Of a stretch of DNA of 64,000 bases, positions 35,924 to 49,275 are shown in pieces. Both the position numbers and the translations under genes were made by a program. The notes below the pieces were generated by a model. That model worked only from the letters and a program-made list of their open reading frames with translations. It did not search any database and had not been told where the DNA came from. Source of the stretch: Camelus dromedarius (taxonomy: Eukaryota); the NCBI RefSeq assembly GCF_036321535.1, contig NC_087436.1, forward strand, positions 6,820,001 to 6,884,000. The letters run 5' to 3'. Numbering within the stretch: the stretch's first letter is position 1; each line of letters starts with the position of its first letter.

Positions 35924-37652
35924 AGACGCCCCTCAGTGTCAGCTTATTACTCTGGCCCAGACTGCTTTTTTTGACCCAGCCGGGGAAGCAGTGAAAATAA
36001 AGTTAACAGTGACATTAATCAAACTTCTCTTAATTTGACAGCATCTGGATTTCATTCTTCTTCCTGGGTGGTGAGACCTTGGTTCTGTTTTCTGTTTTGA
36101 CTGTTTGTGCTCACTGATGACCCCAGTAGGCTTGAGAAGTGGGAAGAAAGGTGCGATGACCTAACTTAAGTGCTGGCCTGCTGAACTGAATGGGAGAGAA
36201 AAGGGGTAGCATTTTTAACACGTAAAATATGTATGAAAATCAGGGTAGCGTGATTATCGTCATTAAAATGAAGACGGTGGGAAAAGATTTGTGAGTTAGT
36301 AGAAAGGATCGCTGTATATAGTCATGGAAACCTCTAGCCTAGACTCAGCCTTAAGATTAGAGAAGTATAAATTTAGTGTGTAAAATCTGAATGATGCTTC
36401 CAAGAAAATGCTATTCTTTGCATTTCCTTGAAGAAACATAAAAACACACTGGCTGTATAACAGGGGAATAGTTTTAGTAAACGTGGTTTGAATTATGTTC
36501 AGATGAATGCAAAGTGCTACGTTTTCTGGGAGAGGTGTCTAGTTCAGAGATTTTTATTTGTTTTATTGCTTGAAACTGTTTAAGATTTGTTGTGGGCTTC
36601 TGGGGAGTTCTTTGTCCTTTTGCAAATGTGATACGACTAGACTGTAAACCGCTCAGAAGAAAAGATTGCATCTACCATTTCCTTGCCTCCCCCCACTGTG
36701 CACACAAAACGAGCTGCGAAACCCTATTGCCTGAATTACTGAAGCACCACTAAAGCACTTTCATTACCGAATGTAGAGCAGAGACCATTTACACCGTGGC
36801 TAGTTCCCAAATCTCTCAGTGCTAATTAATGAAATCTTGTCTGCCACGAGATGTAACATCTACTCGGAAGGATGGAAATGAGTCTCTTTCTTTTCTTGTC
36901 ACCCTTCCTCCACCATTTATTTGTTTCTGTAATAGCAGGAACATTTGCCTTGGGTTCATCACTCAGGGTTTTCTCTTGGCCAAGTGAAACCGTCTGCAGT
37001 GTCGATAGAGATGTGTTAAAAAGCTCTAGGACCCAGGTGTGTGCCAGAACACAGCCAACCACCACGTGCTTATGTCTCTGCGTCCTTGTGAACTATCACT
37101 CTCTAGTTCATTGCTGTTTAATATTTACTGAGAATGCATCAGCTCCATCCTTTCATTTCCTGTCTGCAAGGGCAGCGCCTGTGCGTGATGCTGCCTCACC
37201 CTTCCTGCTCTTCCTTCCCTGCAGCACCCCCTCCAGCTGTCTGCTGCCCAGTTCACCCCAGGTCAGGATGCTAAAACCAGCAAACAGCACAAACCTCCCT
37301 TGCTACCACTTTCCAAGTGTCCCACCCCCAACCCCCAAAGACTGGAAATGAATTAGATGGAGGGAAACTGGCAGAGGAGATGAGGAACCCAGGGCAGACG
37401 TTCAGACCAGGTGAGTCTGTTGGAGAGAAAGGTGTAGGAAGAGAGTGCAGACTTGATAGAGTTACCAGTACATCTCGGGGAGCAACTGGGAAGGAGCCAA
37501 GGACGCCGATCAAAGGCAGGAGCTTCCCAGAGGTAGCGAGGGGGTTCCATTTGTGCAAGGTTCTGATTTCTTTGGGGCTCACATTCCTGCAGGGTGATAA
37601 TCAGCCAGCACTGAGCAGAGCTTTCCGTATCCCCTGATTTCAGGAGATCCTG

Positions 37653-37653
<1 letters not shown>

Positions 37654-37690
<37 letters not shown>

Positions 37691-37701
37691 TACACACACG
37701 C
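37654..37701 (+). repeat. (AC)n microsatellite
   Basis: Long AC run with a short interruption. Confidence 0.95.
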
Positions 37702-38697
37702 ATAATAAAAGGTTTATCTACCTAGATGCCACAGACTTCAACTGCCCAGTTGTGCAGGGTAAAGCAGACTGGAAATGCTGGAAAGTTTTGGGCTTAGCAC
37801 CTGGCTTCTCCACTTTCTAACTGTGTGACCTTGTAGATATTAGCCTCCACCTTCATTTCTGCAGATGGGGTGGTGATGCCACCCTCTGTCCTCCCAGTGT
37901 TGTTGTTTTTTTTTTTAATGATTGGAGAGAGAGTACACAGTGAATCACGTGGCTGCAAGTTTTTGTTGGTCATTCTTTTGTGTTAAGTGTTATCTACTCT
38001 ACGTGCCCTCTTGTAAAATACAGACATGGATGGGTGATAGATTGATTTCCGAGTTTGTAAGGACACCCAGGAGGACACTAGGATGGCCGGGACCTGGGAC
38101 CCAGGACCTCACATCCTGGGGTCCCCCTGACCCACAGCTCCTCCCGGGAGCTGACGTGGCTCCCGAAAACTCCAAGGTTGTTTTGTTTCTGATTCCTCTG
38201 CACTCCCCATCACTTAGGGCCATTCCTGGGAGTCATGGACCACGCTCCCCCTGACCATGATCGTTCTCAGCAGACTGGAGCTGTGAGTGGCAAGGAACAG
38301 ACCAGCAGAGATTTTCTTTCCTTTTTCCCTCGCTTCCTTTTTTCTTGCTTGTCTTTGATTAGAAACAGATCCATACTATAGCAGTTCTTATCCCAGCTTA
38401 CGATCATGCCAGCTCAACTCTTTCTCTAAAATCCATGTAATAATGACATTCCCTGCTGTTCCGTCCCTCCCCCATCTTATACGGGTGCGGAAACACAGCC
38501 CCAACTCCCACCGAGTCAGAGGGCAGAGACTGCGTGCGCCACAAGCCCCTTCTGACTGCCCCTGTCTCCTCCTCCAGACCTCACTCAGCCTCTTCCTTGT
38601 ATGCTAACACCGCTCTCTCCAATCCACCCCCCAAAACACACACACCTGCTTCCCTAACCTTCCTCAAGGTGGCTGCGATCAGAAAACTGCTGCCGGC

Positions 38698-38792
38698 GAG
38701 AGTGTGGCTGAGCGGTAGAGTGTGTGCTTAGCATGCACGAGGTCCCAGGTTCAATCCCCAGTACCTCCATTAAATAAAACATAAATAAACCT
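38698..38792 (+). mobile_element. Vic-1-like SINE
   Basis: gtggctgagcggtagagtgtgtgcttagcatgcacgaggtcccaggttcaatccccagtacctccattaaataaa. Confidence 0.85.
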
Positions 38793-40299
38793 TGACAACG
38801 AAAGCTATGGTGATGTGGACTTAGGGGTGCAGTGGGTATAGGGCACATGCTCATTGAAAGGTAAGCCATTTCCCAGGGACATGACAGACAGAATGGGATT
38901 TCCACTTGGGTTCTAAAATCCTTGTTGAAGCTCAGCTGCTCAGCCCCTCTCTTGCCCACCTGTCCTTCTCTGGCTGAGCTGCTGAATCCAGCCTCTCTGG
39001 AGGAACTGACATCTTTCGTGATCTTGCTCCCTAGCCCCTCCCATCCTACCCTCATCACCCAGAAGACGCTCCAAACGGTGATAATCTTTACAGTGTGTGC
39101 TCCGCTTTCACTGGAGTCAGCATTTTTAATCACACAGGGGAATATTGGACACCCCAGGCAGTGGCATCTCTATTTAACTTATTCCCCTGGTCCAAGGCTT
39201 CCACAAGAAAGTCTGCAGGACTGAAGAGGTTTATCAAAGCCCCCCGCCTCACTCCATAAAGTTTGCCTTTGCCCAAGGACCACATTTAAAGCCATCAGAT
39301 ATGTGGAGGTCTGGGTCCAAGTGTTTGAATGCTTTTCTGTTTCAGAAGCAGTCCTGAGGGTTCCTTAGACCTCCTCGAGGAAGGGCGTGCGATCAGGAAC
39401 GACGAAGGATTCAGTTAGAAGACAAGCATGTTGAGCCTCGATGCACGTGTGTCTGTGGGGCTGCCAGTGCGATGCGTGGCAGGACACAGGGTGTCCATGC
39501 TGCTTGGATGACACCTGACTCTATCCTTTCCTTCTCCCTTTTGGGAACTTCCAAGGCCACAGGCAACTGAACCAGATGAAGAAAACTCCGCACCCAGAAG
39601 CTTTAGCATCTGGAGTCTCTGTTGCCACAAGGAAAGACAACGACACAAATCTTGACTGGTGAGGTTTCTACGCTGAGCATCAGTACCAATTACCTCCCGA
39701 TCAGATTCTGAATTTCAGGGTGGGTACCCGAGAAGCAGCAGTCCCTTCCTTCCCGAGCACTGTACCGATTTTCAAGCAAAGGAAAAAGAAAACTTTTTCT
39801 GCAAAGGTTGGCTTCCAGCTCCTGATGTGAATTTACGCCAGTGACAGTGACCGATAGGCTGTTCACACCTGTGGCAGGCAGGGAGGGGCCGCGGGGGTCA
39901 GCCGAGGTCTCTCCGGCTCACAGAGATAACCGATGTTCCAGCACCTCCCCCCACTCCCCTTCCTCATTTCCTTTTTCACTCCCAGAGGTATGTTGCATTT
40001 CATTGCCAAGGGCTTAGACACTACAGCAGCGCACACTACATAAATAATAGATGGAATGCTGGAAGAGTCTTGGGCCCCCTGTGTTTGGCCTCCATCCCAA
40101 AACAGACAGGTTTAGGCGCAAGTTAGGTGTTTTTTTACCCCCCTCCCTTTCTTAAAACTCATTCATTGTGTTTGCTTTTTGAGATTTCTGTGTGCCAGTT
40201 TGGAGGTTAGGGGAAAGTCTACAGTCTTCCAATTCTATTGTTGGCGGATACGCTCAGTGTAGTGTCACTGCATATAAAACAGAAGGAATAGAGGCAGAA

Positions 40300-40400
40300 G
40301 GGGGGAGGGTGTAGCTCAGCATGCAAGAGGTCCTGGGTTCAATCCCCAGCACCTCCATTAAAAATAATAATAATAAATAATAAAAATTTTTAAAAATAAA
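40300..40400 (+). mobile_element. Vic-1-like SINE with internal deletion
   Basis: gggggagggtgtagctcagcatgcaagaggtcctgggttcaatccccagcacctccatt plus A-rich tail. Confidence 0.85.
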
Positions 40401-41269
40401 GGAAGAGCAGGAGAACAAAGCACACAGTCTAACAGGATAGAATTAAATAAAACCAATGATACAAACGCACTTACATCGTGGGAGGTGATGAAGCGTTGAG
40501 ACGCGGGCCCCACTTCTAAGGGACCTGTGATGCCTGGATGCAGCCTCACATACAGAGAGTCTGGGAGGCAGATGGTGGCTGAGGAGAGAAGTTGGCTTCC
40601 GTCAGGGCAAGCAGTCTGGAAGGGCCTCCTACCCGGGTCTTCAGTAGGAACGTAGAGATTTGAGGAACAAGCATGGGATGGACAAACTAGAAAAAGCAGA
40701 GGTCCAGAAACAGAAAAACAGCCGGTGAGCTAGGGAGTCCACGGTGGGTGGGGCGAGAAAGGTGGAGCCCAGATTGGAGAGGAAAGAAAGAGAGGGATTC
40801 ACATCAAGGAGGCCTTTCATTCTGGGCCCTTTGGAGTGAATTCTCTTCACATCGTCCACAGAGCCTTGGCAGACAGATCCTGCTTTTCTCACCATGCAGA
40901 TAAGCAGATTCCAAGGTCAAACATTAGCACAGGGGAGGGGCTTGAACCCAGGTCCTCAGAGTCTGTGGCCCGTGCACCTCCTACGTTCTGCTGCCTCAGA
41001 GCCAGGACTCAGGACTGGGAATTTATCTATGGTCAATAATTGGAGCCACGATGATTTTTTCATCAGTCAGATCAGAAAAGAGAGAAGAATCTTTAGAGTG
41101 TTCCATTCTTACCTTCATCCGTGGGCTTCCAGAGCAGGGGTCCTGACGGGGCAGTCAGCCATCAAGGAGTAGTGTTCTCATCTCCTGACTGCCCTTTTGC
41201 TAAATCTGATAACTGATCGTCTCACAGAATACTTTAGGTCATTCTCGAATAATCTGAAGATAATCTGAG

Positions 41270-41462
41270 GTTTTATTTTTTTAAATTGAAGTATAGTTAA
41301 CTTACAACATTCAATGTTGTGTTAGTTTCTGGTGTACAAGAAAGTGATTCATATATATATATTTTTATATATATTCTTTTTCAGATTCTTTTCCATTATA
41401 GGTTATTACAGGTTATTGAAGATAGTTCCCTATGTTATACAGTAGGACCTTGTTGTTTATCG
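41270..41462 (-). mobile_element. L1 3' tail (antisense)
   Basis: aattgaagtatagttaacttacaac..cagattcttttccattataggttattac..cagtaggaccttgttgtttatc. Confidence 0.85.
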
Positions 41463-42034
41463 ATCTAAGTTTTTAAATAATCTGATGTGAAAAGCAGCTG
41501 AGGTGATCTTTTTCCCCCCTTTTATTTGGTTCCCAAAAGATTAATTACATCAGAGACACCTATCCTAAACTTCGTGCAAATTCAGATCGCTGAAACATTT
41601 AGTGCCAGAACACTCATGCCTGCCTGATGGTAGAGAAACTAGGAGAATCATTGAGAAAAGTCATTTGAAAGTTTAGATCTAGTCCTGAAAATATTGCTTT
41701 TTAGAAATTTTGAGTAAGGTACCATGTCAGTTGAAGCAAACTGTGTAACCAAACATATTCATTGTCTTATATAATAATAGAAAGTAAACAATAATAGTAC
41801 ATGTGCTGAATAGTATATTATGAATTTATTAAAATGAAAGATACCAGCAGCATGTCGAAATATGGAAGTCTTTATGATGTAATGTTTCGTGAAGAATGCT
41901 GAGTATTTCATTACAATTTTTAAGATATCAGTATATGAATTAGTAACTAGAGGAGAATATTATGGAAAACATCTTGTCATTATATTGGCTTCGGCTTTTT
42001 TTCTTTATAATTCTTGTTTTGTTGTTTTGAACAT

Positions 42035-42163
42035 GTTTTTCTTTTTTGGAAGAGGAGGTAATTAGGTTTACTTGTTTATTTTTTAATGGAGGTACTGGGG
42101 ATTGAACCCAGGACCTCGTGCATGCTAAGCACGCGCTCTACCACTGAGCAACACCCTCCCTCC
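42035..42163 (-). mobile_element. Vic-1-like SINE with a 33-bp flanking duplication
   Basis: Near-consensus body. Flanks tctttRtaattcttgttttgttgttttgaacat at 42002-42034 and 42164-42196. Confidence 0.9.
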
Positions 42164-43510
42164 TCTTTGTAATTCTTGTTTTGTTGTTTTGAACATTTTC
42201 TAGTGGTGTTTTTTCTAAACGTCATGGTTGCAGGCAGAAGCAACTAGAGCAAAAGGGGATGGAAAACCCATCACTAGGAACAGTAATATCAAACCACAAT
42301 CTACGCTTTTACACTAAGCACTAGCAAAAGAAATACCATTTTTATTTGTCTTGTTTTACCTTTGATCATTATTTATATCGTTAAACCAGAAATATCTGAT
42401 ATTGAATGAAGGGACAACATGGAACTTCTTTTTTTTTTTTTGCACCTTTATTGTGGTATGGCTCCAGTAAACCACACATATTCCAGGTGTACAATTTGAT
42501 GAATTTTGATAGACATCTACACCCATGAAACCACCACTACAATCAAGATAACTATTTCCATCTCTTCCCAAGAGGTGCAAATTTCCAATTCCCAATTTAT
42601 CCCTCCCCACCCCCTTTACCTCCTGGGAACCGTAAGTTTGTTCTCTATGTCTGCTTTTATTTGAACTTCTTTTTAAAGATGTACGCCTTGCATTGATAAA
42701 CAGGAAAACATTGACTCTACTTTTTTTTTCCATTTGTGTGTGTCTTCATCTTTCTGAATAGTTTGAGGGCAGCTCTGCCTAAGGTCAGAGAAGTGGGTAA
42801 GAGTTTTAAAGTCTCTTCTCAGTGTCCAGTGCCCTATCGCTCTACAAACCCACAGCTATTACAGGATAAAGAAAATAAGTAGCTATAAAGGAAATAATGG
42901 AGGCCTGGCTAAGAGTAGCTTATTCCTAGTTAAAAGCATAATTATAATCCTGAGGACAGTATACTTTTTAATTTTACCTGGCACATTTATGAAAAAGCAA
43001 TAATGTAGGAGTAACTGAAATGGCAACTCGAATGGTATGTTACAAAGCACTTTCGCATCTATTATCTTTATAGCTTTGCATAAAGCAAAACACTGAACGG
43101 CTAATGACCTTAATGACCTTTAATTTGCCTTCCCACTTTCACTTTAGGATAATGATTATGATGAATATGCAGGAGTTTAAAAAAGTATATGTGCAAATGT
43201 AATCGTACTAGGAACACACCAGACTGATGCATCGTGCACGTAGACCTCACCTGTGAGAGCTGAGTTCTGAGAGGGATCGCACAAGTGCAGACACATACCC
43301 CGGGACAGCTTCATCCAGGAGAGCAAGGAGAGAAAAGACAACAGCGGGGCTAAGAGAGCTGCCAGTAGACAGACACCTGTGAGTCAGGACAGGGCGACAC
43401 GTCCCTGAGCACTGGAATTCTATAGGAGGCCGGGGGCCGTCTATTCTTTGTCAAAGACCCCGGAGAGCAAGTTTTCTTGAGGCTCTGTATCCTAAAGAAT
43501 GAACGTGAGC

Positions 43511-43630
43511 CGGGAGGGTGTAGCTCAGTGGTAGAGCGCGTGCCTAGCATGCACAAGGTCCTGGGTTCAATCCCCAGTACCTCCATAATACATAAACAAA
43601 TGGACAAAACGAATTAACCCGCCCCCAAAA
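43511..43630 (+). mobile_element. Vic-1-like SINE, near consensus
   Basis: gggagggtgtagctcagtggtagagcgcgtgcctagcatgcacaaggtcctgggttcaatccccagtacctcca. TSD-like aaagaatgaacgtgag / aaagaacgaatgtgag. Confidence 0.9.
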
Positions 43631-45169
43631 AAGAACGAATGTGAGTCTAGGAGTAATCAAATATGGGGTCAAATATGTTCAACATGCTGTGGAAGTTGCT
43701 AAGAGTTGACTTTAAAACACAGATGAGTTTTGTGAAAGCACACCTGGGACCCTGTGGGGAGCTAACCTCGGTGCTGGGAGGGGAGACCCCGCAGGGCTCA
43801 CTGAGGAGACGTGGCGGACTGGCTTCCAGCAGATGGGTTGGGGGTGGCAGGTGCTGTCCCTTCCTCCCCAGGAAAGGGGTACAAATGCCACGTGCTTGCC
43901 TGTGGGGCTGACCTCAGAGGGTCTTTGAGATGAGAGAAGCACGAGGGCATCCTCTCCAGTCATTCTGAGGTCCACGGAGGTCCAGGCGAGGCTCAGGGGT
44001 CCCCCAGGTGCACGGGGCACCGGCCAGAGAATCCCACTCTACCTGGGGACTCAGAGACTCCTGCAGGGTCTGATCACTGAGCACAGCGCCCCAGCACTGG
44101 GTGGGCCGTGTTAACTTCCAGGAGGAATCGAGTCTGTTCTGCACTTGCCATATAAAGGACCAAGACAGCTTTCCAACTTCACCAGCCAGGCCAGAGAAGA
44201 TGGACTCGGGTTGGAACTTTAGCAAGGGGTTCAACGACAGGGTGGGACAAAGAGGGACAAAGGCCTCGTGGGGGCAGCAGGGCAGGGCTCCCCGGTCAGT
44301 CCAAGGAGATCTAGACAGGCGGACCTGAGGGTCTTTGACAGCTGCCAAGTCGGGGATTGAAAAGGAGCCTGGAACAGCGTCGACAGCCCAGCACCCACGC
44401 GGATGTGACCCACTGTCCGAGGGCCCAGAACCAGAAGCCCAGGGTTTGGAGTTGGGTCCCCAGTAGGGAAGACCACTACCCCGAGACACTGGAAGACACT
44501 AAATAACACAGGCGGCTTGAAAAGGGAGCAGTGGGTGAGATGGTATAGACCGGGAAGATAAGCATGTTCTGAACAGTTAGATCTGGTCCGGGCTGTTGAC
44601 CCTGACAAACCCAAGGGACTGTGGGGGACCAGGGAGGTGCAAAGTGCACAGTGCATGCTGGGGTTCAATCCCGTGCAGAGCAAACCAACCAGCATAAACT
44701 CACCTGTGCAATGCTTCCACCCTGTGTAACCCCCCCGGCAGAGTAGGATTAAGTGCACGCAATATATCTGAATAGACCGCTATGTGGGACAAGTTGGGGG
44801 AAAGAAATACAGCCAGAAACCCTGTATTTCAGATGAAAGGCAGGGCCCTGGAGTTTGGCCTCTGTTGGGCGAGCCCTCCACAGCACAAGGCCCTGGCTGC
44901 GGCCCCAGGCCCACGCCTCCGTCCCCTGTCCCCTGGGAACCCTCAGCCCCCACACCCAGACACTTCAGCACCCCCTTCCCCGCAATACAGACACTTGCCT
45001 ACCCACCCACCCCCACCCCCCCGAGACCGGGGACACGGCTGGCCCTTGGTTGTATCCCAAGACACTTGTTTGCAATGCGGAGAGAGGTGTGGAGCAGGGT
45101 CCCCCACGAATCCTTTGAACCAAATGACTGGCTTGTCAGAACTGGGTACATAAAAGACAGAAATGAAAC

Positions 45170-45500
45170 ACCATGGGCGCCATGGAAATCGAGGTCTTCC
45201 CTCTGGGAAAGGGGGATGTCTTAGCGCTGACAGGGAGCACGGCGCTGCGGGGAGCGAGGGCCCAACACCGGCACCCAGGACCGGGGAGGCGGGCGCGACC
45301 GGGGAAGCCGGCAGCAGCAGCGGGGAAGCACCGCGCTCGCCCGCAGGAGCCGGGAGGACCCCGGCCGCGGTGCGGCGCCGCTGGAGCAGAGCACCGGGCT
45401 CGGCGATTCCAAAGCGAGGAACCGCACACAAGACGCGATTTTCACTGCTTCTAAGTAGTCATGCCTCGACTGGTCCCCGCCCGGCTGCTGCGGTCTAGAA
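45170..45500. promoter_or_regulatory. Small CpG island-like region
   Basis: Densest CpG/GC segment in the window (ggggaggcgggcgcgaccgggg; ccgcgctcgcccgcagg; ccggccgcggtgcggcgccgc). Confidence 0.65.
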
Positions 45501-45601
45501 AGCATTGGTAACATGGATTTGAAACTAAGACAACTGCTTTCGCTGCAAAAGCAATTTAAGTCGTTCTGTTTTTCCTTCTTAGTGGTATCAGTCACTATTT
45601 T

Positions 45602-46270
45602 TTTAAACTGAAGTTGATTTACAATATTGTGTTAGTTTCATGTGCACAGCAACGTGATTCAGTTATACACATATTTTTTTCTGATTCTTTTCCATTATAC
45701 AAGATATTGAATATAGTTTCCCGTGTTATACAGTAAATCCTTGTTGTTTATCTATTTTATATGTATCTTTTGTTTGTACCTGCTAATCCCAAACTCCGAA
45801 TTTATCCCTCCCCCAACCTTTCCCCTTTGGTAACCACACTTTTGTTTTCTATGTCTATGAGTCTTTTTCTGTTCTGTAAATAAGTTCATTTGTATCATTT
45901 ATTAGATTTCACACTTAAGTGATATCGTGTGATATTTGTCTTTCTCTGACTGATTTAGTATGATAATCTCTAGATCCATGCATGTTGCTGCAAATGGCAA
46001 TATTTATTTCTTGTTTATGGCTGAGTAGTATTTATTCCATTATATATATATATATATGTCACAGCTTCTTTATCCAATCATCTGTTGATGGACATTTAGG
46101 TTGCTTCCATGCCTTGGCTATTGTAAACAGTGCTGCTGTGAACATTGGGGTGCATGTATTTTTTTCAGATTAGAGTTTCCTCCAGATATATGCCCAGGAG
46201 TGGGATTGCCGGATAATATGGTAAATCTATTTTTAGTGTTTTAAGGAAGCTTCATACTGTTTTCCATAGT
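45602..46270 (-). mobile_element. 5'-truncated L1 3' end (antisense) with 17-bp TSD
   Basis: Antisense ORF2/3'UTR motifs. TSD gtatcagtcactatttt (45585-45601) / gtatcagccactatttt (46271-46287). Confidence 0.92.
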
Positions 46271-48172
46271 GTATCAGCCACTATTTTAAAATACCTATTC
46301 CATGCTAGTCATTATGATATGATAGTGTATTTACACATACAAAAAAGATTTAACTATCCCCTTCTTTAGGCGAGGAAACTGACACTCAGGTGAACTGAGA
46401 CTCAAACTCAGGTCTGGTGCCTTGTTCCCAAACCCAGGTTTTCCCCACAATTCCCCCACCATTTCCTTTTCCTTTTACCATGTAAACTAGTGCCTCACCT
46501 GACTATCTTGACTAGCCTTGGAAACTACTCACTTGAAAATCAAGTCACCGTCTACACTGCTATCCGTTTATGTTCAGTTCCTTTGGACTAATTGCATTTT
46601 AAATGGTCTGTACCTCAAAAAGTCGATAAAAATGTATGAGGGAATTACCATTTGGTTTAAGTTTATCTATTTAGGACTCAACCCCACAAAGACAATTGCA
46701 GGACAAGATGTGAGGGTGGCTTTGCAAAGCTAAATTTCAAGGCTTTTGTTTTAAAGCTCAACAGAAGGGAAGATACGGAGCGAAAATAGGAGGTTTACCG
46801 CCTGAAAGCCAGGCTGACTCAGTAATTATTTAACTGCCCTGTGCTCTAAAAATAAGTAAACTTGTCTTCAGGAGGGTGGCATTTCCCTTGCCCTTTTTCA
46901 CTGAAGTTTATTCCTTAAGCTTTAGCTTTTATGTGTTTACTGAAGTCCTTGCTGGGATAATGTCAAAAGACAGTCCTAAGAATGTTAACTTGGATGCTTG
47001 TCATTTCTGCCCATGTATTATTAATAAGGGTGGATGAATAAATAATGAACAGCAAGATGAACAATGAATATTTTCAAATCAACAAAATTGGTTTGAGAAA
47101 ATGGTTGCAAGAGAATGATTAATGCTTCGTGTGGCAGAGGTTTACATACTTCAAATTTTACCAAGGCGAAAGGATTGTGTGGAAACAGAAAAATGTATTT
47201 GAAAATTGTAAAACATTTCAAATAAATTGTCTCTAAAATCGAAACAGAAATTCAAAACACGGAAACTCATCTGAAAACCAAAGTGATCTATAGGAGTTTC
47301 ACTGCTATTCCACCTCAGTGCTCAGTTTAGTGTTTAAAAGAAATTCCCCCATGTCTTCTATTTTAATTTGAAAAGTGACGTTGTGTGAGCTAGAGAATAA
47401 TTACCAAGAAAAAGGACGTTTCTGGTGTCAGTGATCTTCCTGTAGCTCTTCCTTGTTTCTCGTTTGAAAGAAATACAGACAAATAATATTTTCCTCTTCT
47501 CTTACTCAAAAATGGTTCCAGGATTGTTTTCAAAAGCATCATTGGTGTTTCACATTAAGTGTCTCTTGAACATTTGTAATGTTTAGGGATTCCTCCCCAA
47601 AATTCTGTGATTTTAATCATATTGAAAAAAATTAAGTACTCCCCAATGTATGAAAACTACATTAAATGTGAAAAGTTCTCAGTATATACACAGACATATA
47701 TTCGGAACGTTTAGACACGTCTATTGCTTTAGAGCCCTTTTCATTGAAATGTCTTAGTCTGATTCCATTGAGAGAACTCTCATCACCTGTGAAGTCATAC
47801 CGATTTTTCAGATCAAGTTCTACACGTGGAAGGGTTACACGTGCATACCCAGGAGATAAAAGGAAGCATTGATTAGCTCTCCGATGACATGAACATAACA
47901 CAACATTGTGTTTTCTATTTGGTTCTATATCTTTGCATTAATACTACATGCAGTTATTTTCAAAAACAATTGTACACTCTTGGGAAGATGTATTTGGTCA
48001 GGGGACCTTCCAGAGTGTTTCCATGTACACCTGCTGGCATAAACTCAAGGCCACCCTGCACTTATCTGCTCACCAGTGCACAGCACTGAGCACCCTGCAC
48101 TTTCATTCCAGACGACTCCCGAACACAGGTGTCTTGCTAGTTCCTCACTAGGCGGATTGTCTTTTAGAATTC

Positions 48173-48530
48173 TGTCTTAGTCCTTTCAGGCCATTACAAC
48201 AAAACACCATGGACCGCATGGCTTATGAACAATAGACAGTTACTACGCACAGTTCTGGAGGCCCGGAAGGCCAGCAGCAGACTGGTTTCTGTTGAGGGCC
48301 TGTTTTCTGGTTCACAGATGCCCGTCTTCCCACTGTGTCCTCACTTGGTAAAAGGGGCCAGAGTCCTCTCAGGCCTCTCTTATGAGGGCAGTAGTCCTGT
48401 TCTTATGAGGTCTGCTACCCTCAAGACCCAATCACTTCCCTAAGGCCTCACCTCCTAAGGCCCTCACATTGGGGGCTGGGTTTCAACACAGGAATTGGGG
48501 TAGGGGCGGACAAACATGCCGTCTACAGCC
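48173..48530. mobile_element. MLT1A-like (MaLR) solo LTR
   Basis: tgtcttagtcc..acaacaaaacaccat..cacagttctggaggcc..cactgtgtcctcac..ccctcaagacccaatcacttccctaaggcctcacctcctaa. Confidence 0.8.
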
Positions 48531-49132
48531 AGCTGGCAGCTGACTTGGAGTATTTGGCAATGAGTCGAGAGTCAGCTTTAACATCTATTTCAAAAAGAGG
48601 GGTCGGGTGGGTGGAATTCACTCTACCTTCGAGTAGATGTCTTGGATAGCTCTAGATAAATTCATCATGACCTTAGTTTCCTACCATGAGATGAATATCT
48701 CTTCATAGTAAATAAAATGGATAATTTTTAACTAAATTATTCATTGAGTCAATTTTTGGAAAGGCATTTTTCTCTACAGAATGTAAGCTTTGTAATGATG
48801 GAGGGTATCTGGGTTTTAGAGACTGAAAGCATTCAAGCACTGTATCGCTTTCCTTTTTCTCTTGACGTGGTTGGAAGTGAAATTATACAATGCTAATTAT
48901 GTGCTTAGAAATCCTTCAAAATATATAACCAAAGGGGATTTGCATCCTTATATTTAATACAATTGAATAGGTTCTAATTGAAAAACAGGTTGAAGCTTTC
49001 AAAAATAAAACTGTGGATTGATTAAAATACTGTAAGGCAGAGAAAAGGCACTTGGGAAAAAGATTTGTGTTGTCTTCCATCAGACAATGAAAGATCGTAT
49101 CAGAAAAGGCTGCTGGCGTGGGGGTGGGGTGG

Positions 49133-49275
49133 GGGAGGGGTAGAGTGTAGCTCAGTGGTAGAGCACATGCTTAGCGTGCAGGAGGTCCTGGGTTCAATAA
49201 CAGTATCTCCATTAAATAAATAAATAAGTAAACAAACAGACCTAATTAGCTCCCCCTCCAAGGAAAAAAAAAGAT
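49133..49275 (+). mobile_element. Vic-1-like SINE
   Basis: gtgtagctcagtggtagagcacatgcttagcgtgcaggaggtcctgggttcaat plus tail with cctaattagctcccc. Confidence 0.88.

Noticed and set aside
43511..43590. tRNA-Ala-like sequence with A and B boxes (many copies)
   Set aside because: Each copy has an A-rich tail, often a TSD, and scattered mutations: SINEs, not tRNA genes.
45170..45500. CpG island as the RAPGEF2 promoter
   Set aside because: Small, with no recognisable RAPGEF2 exon or plus-strand donor; cannot be supported from the sequence.
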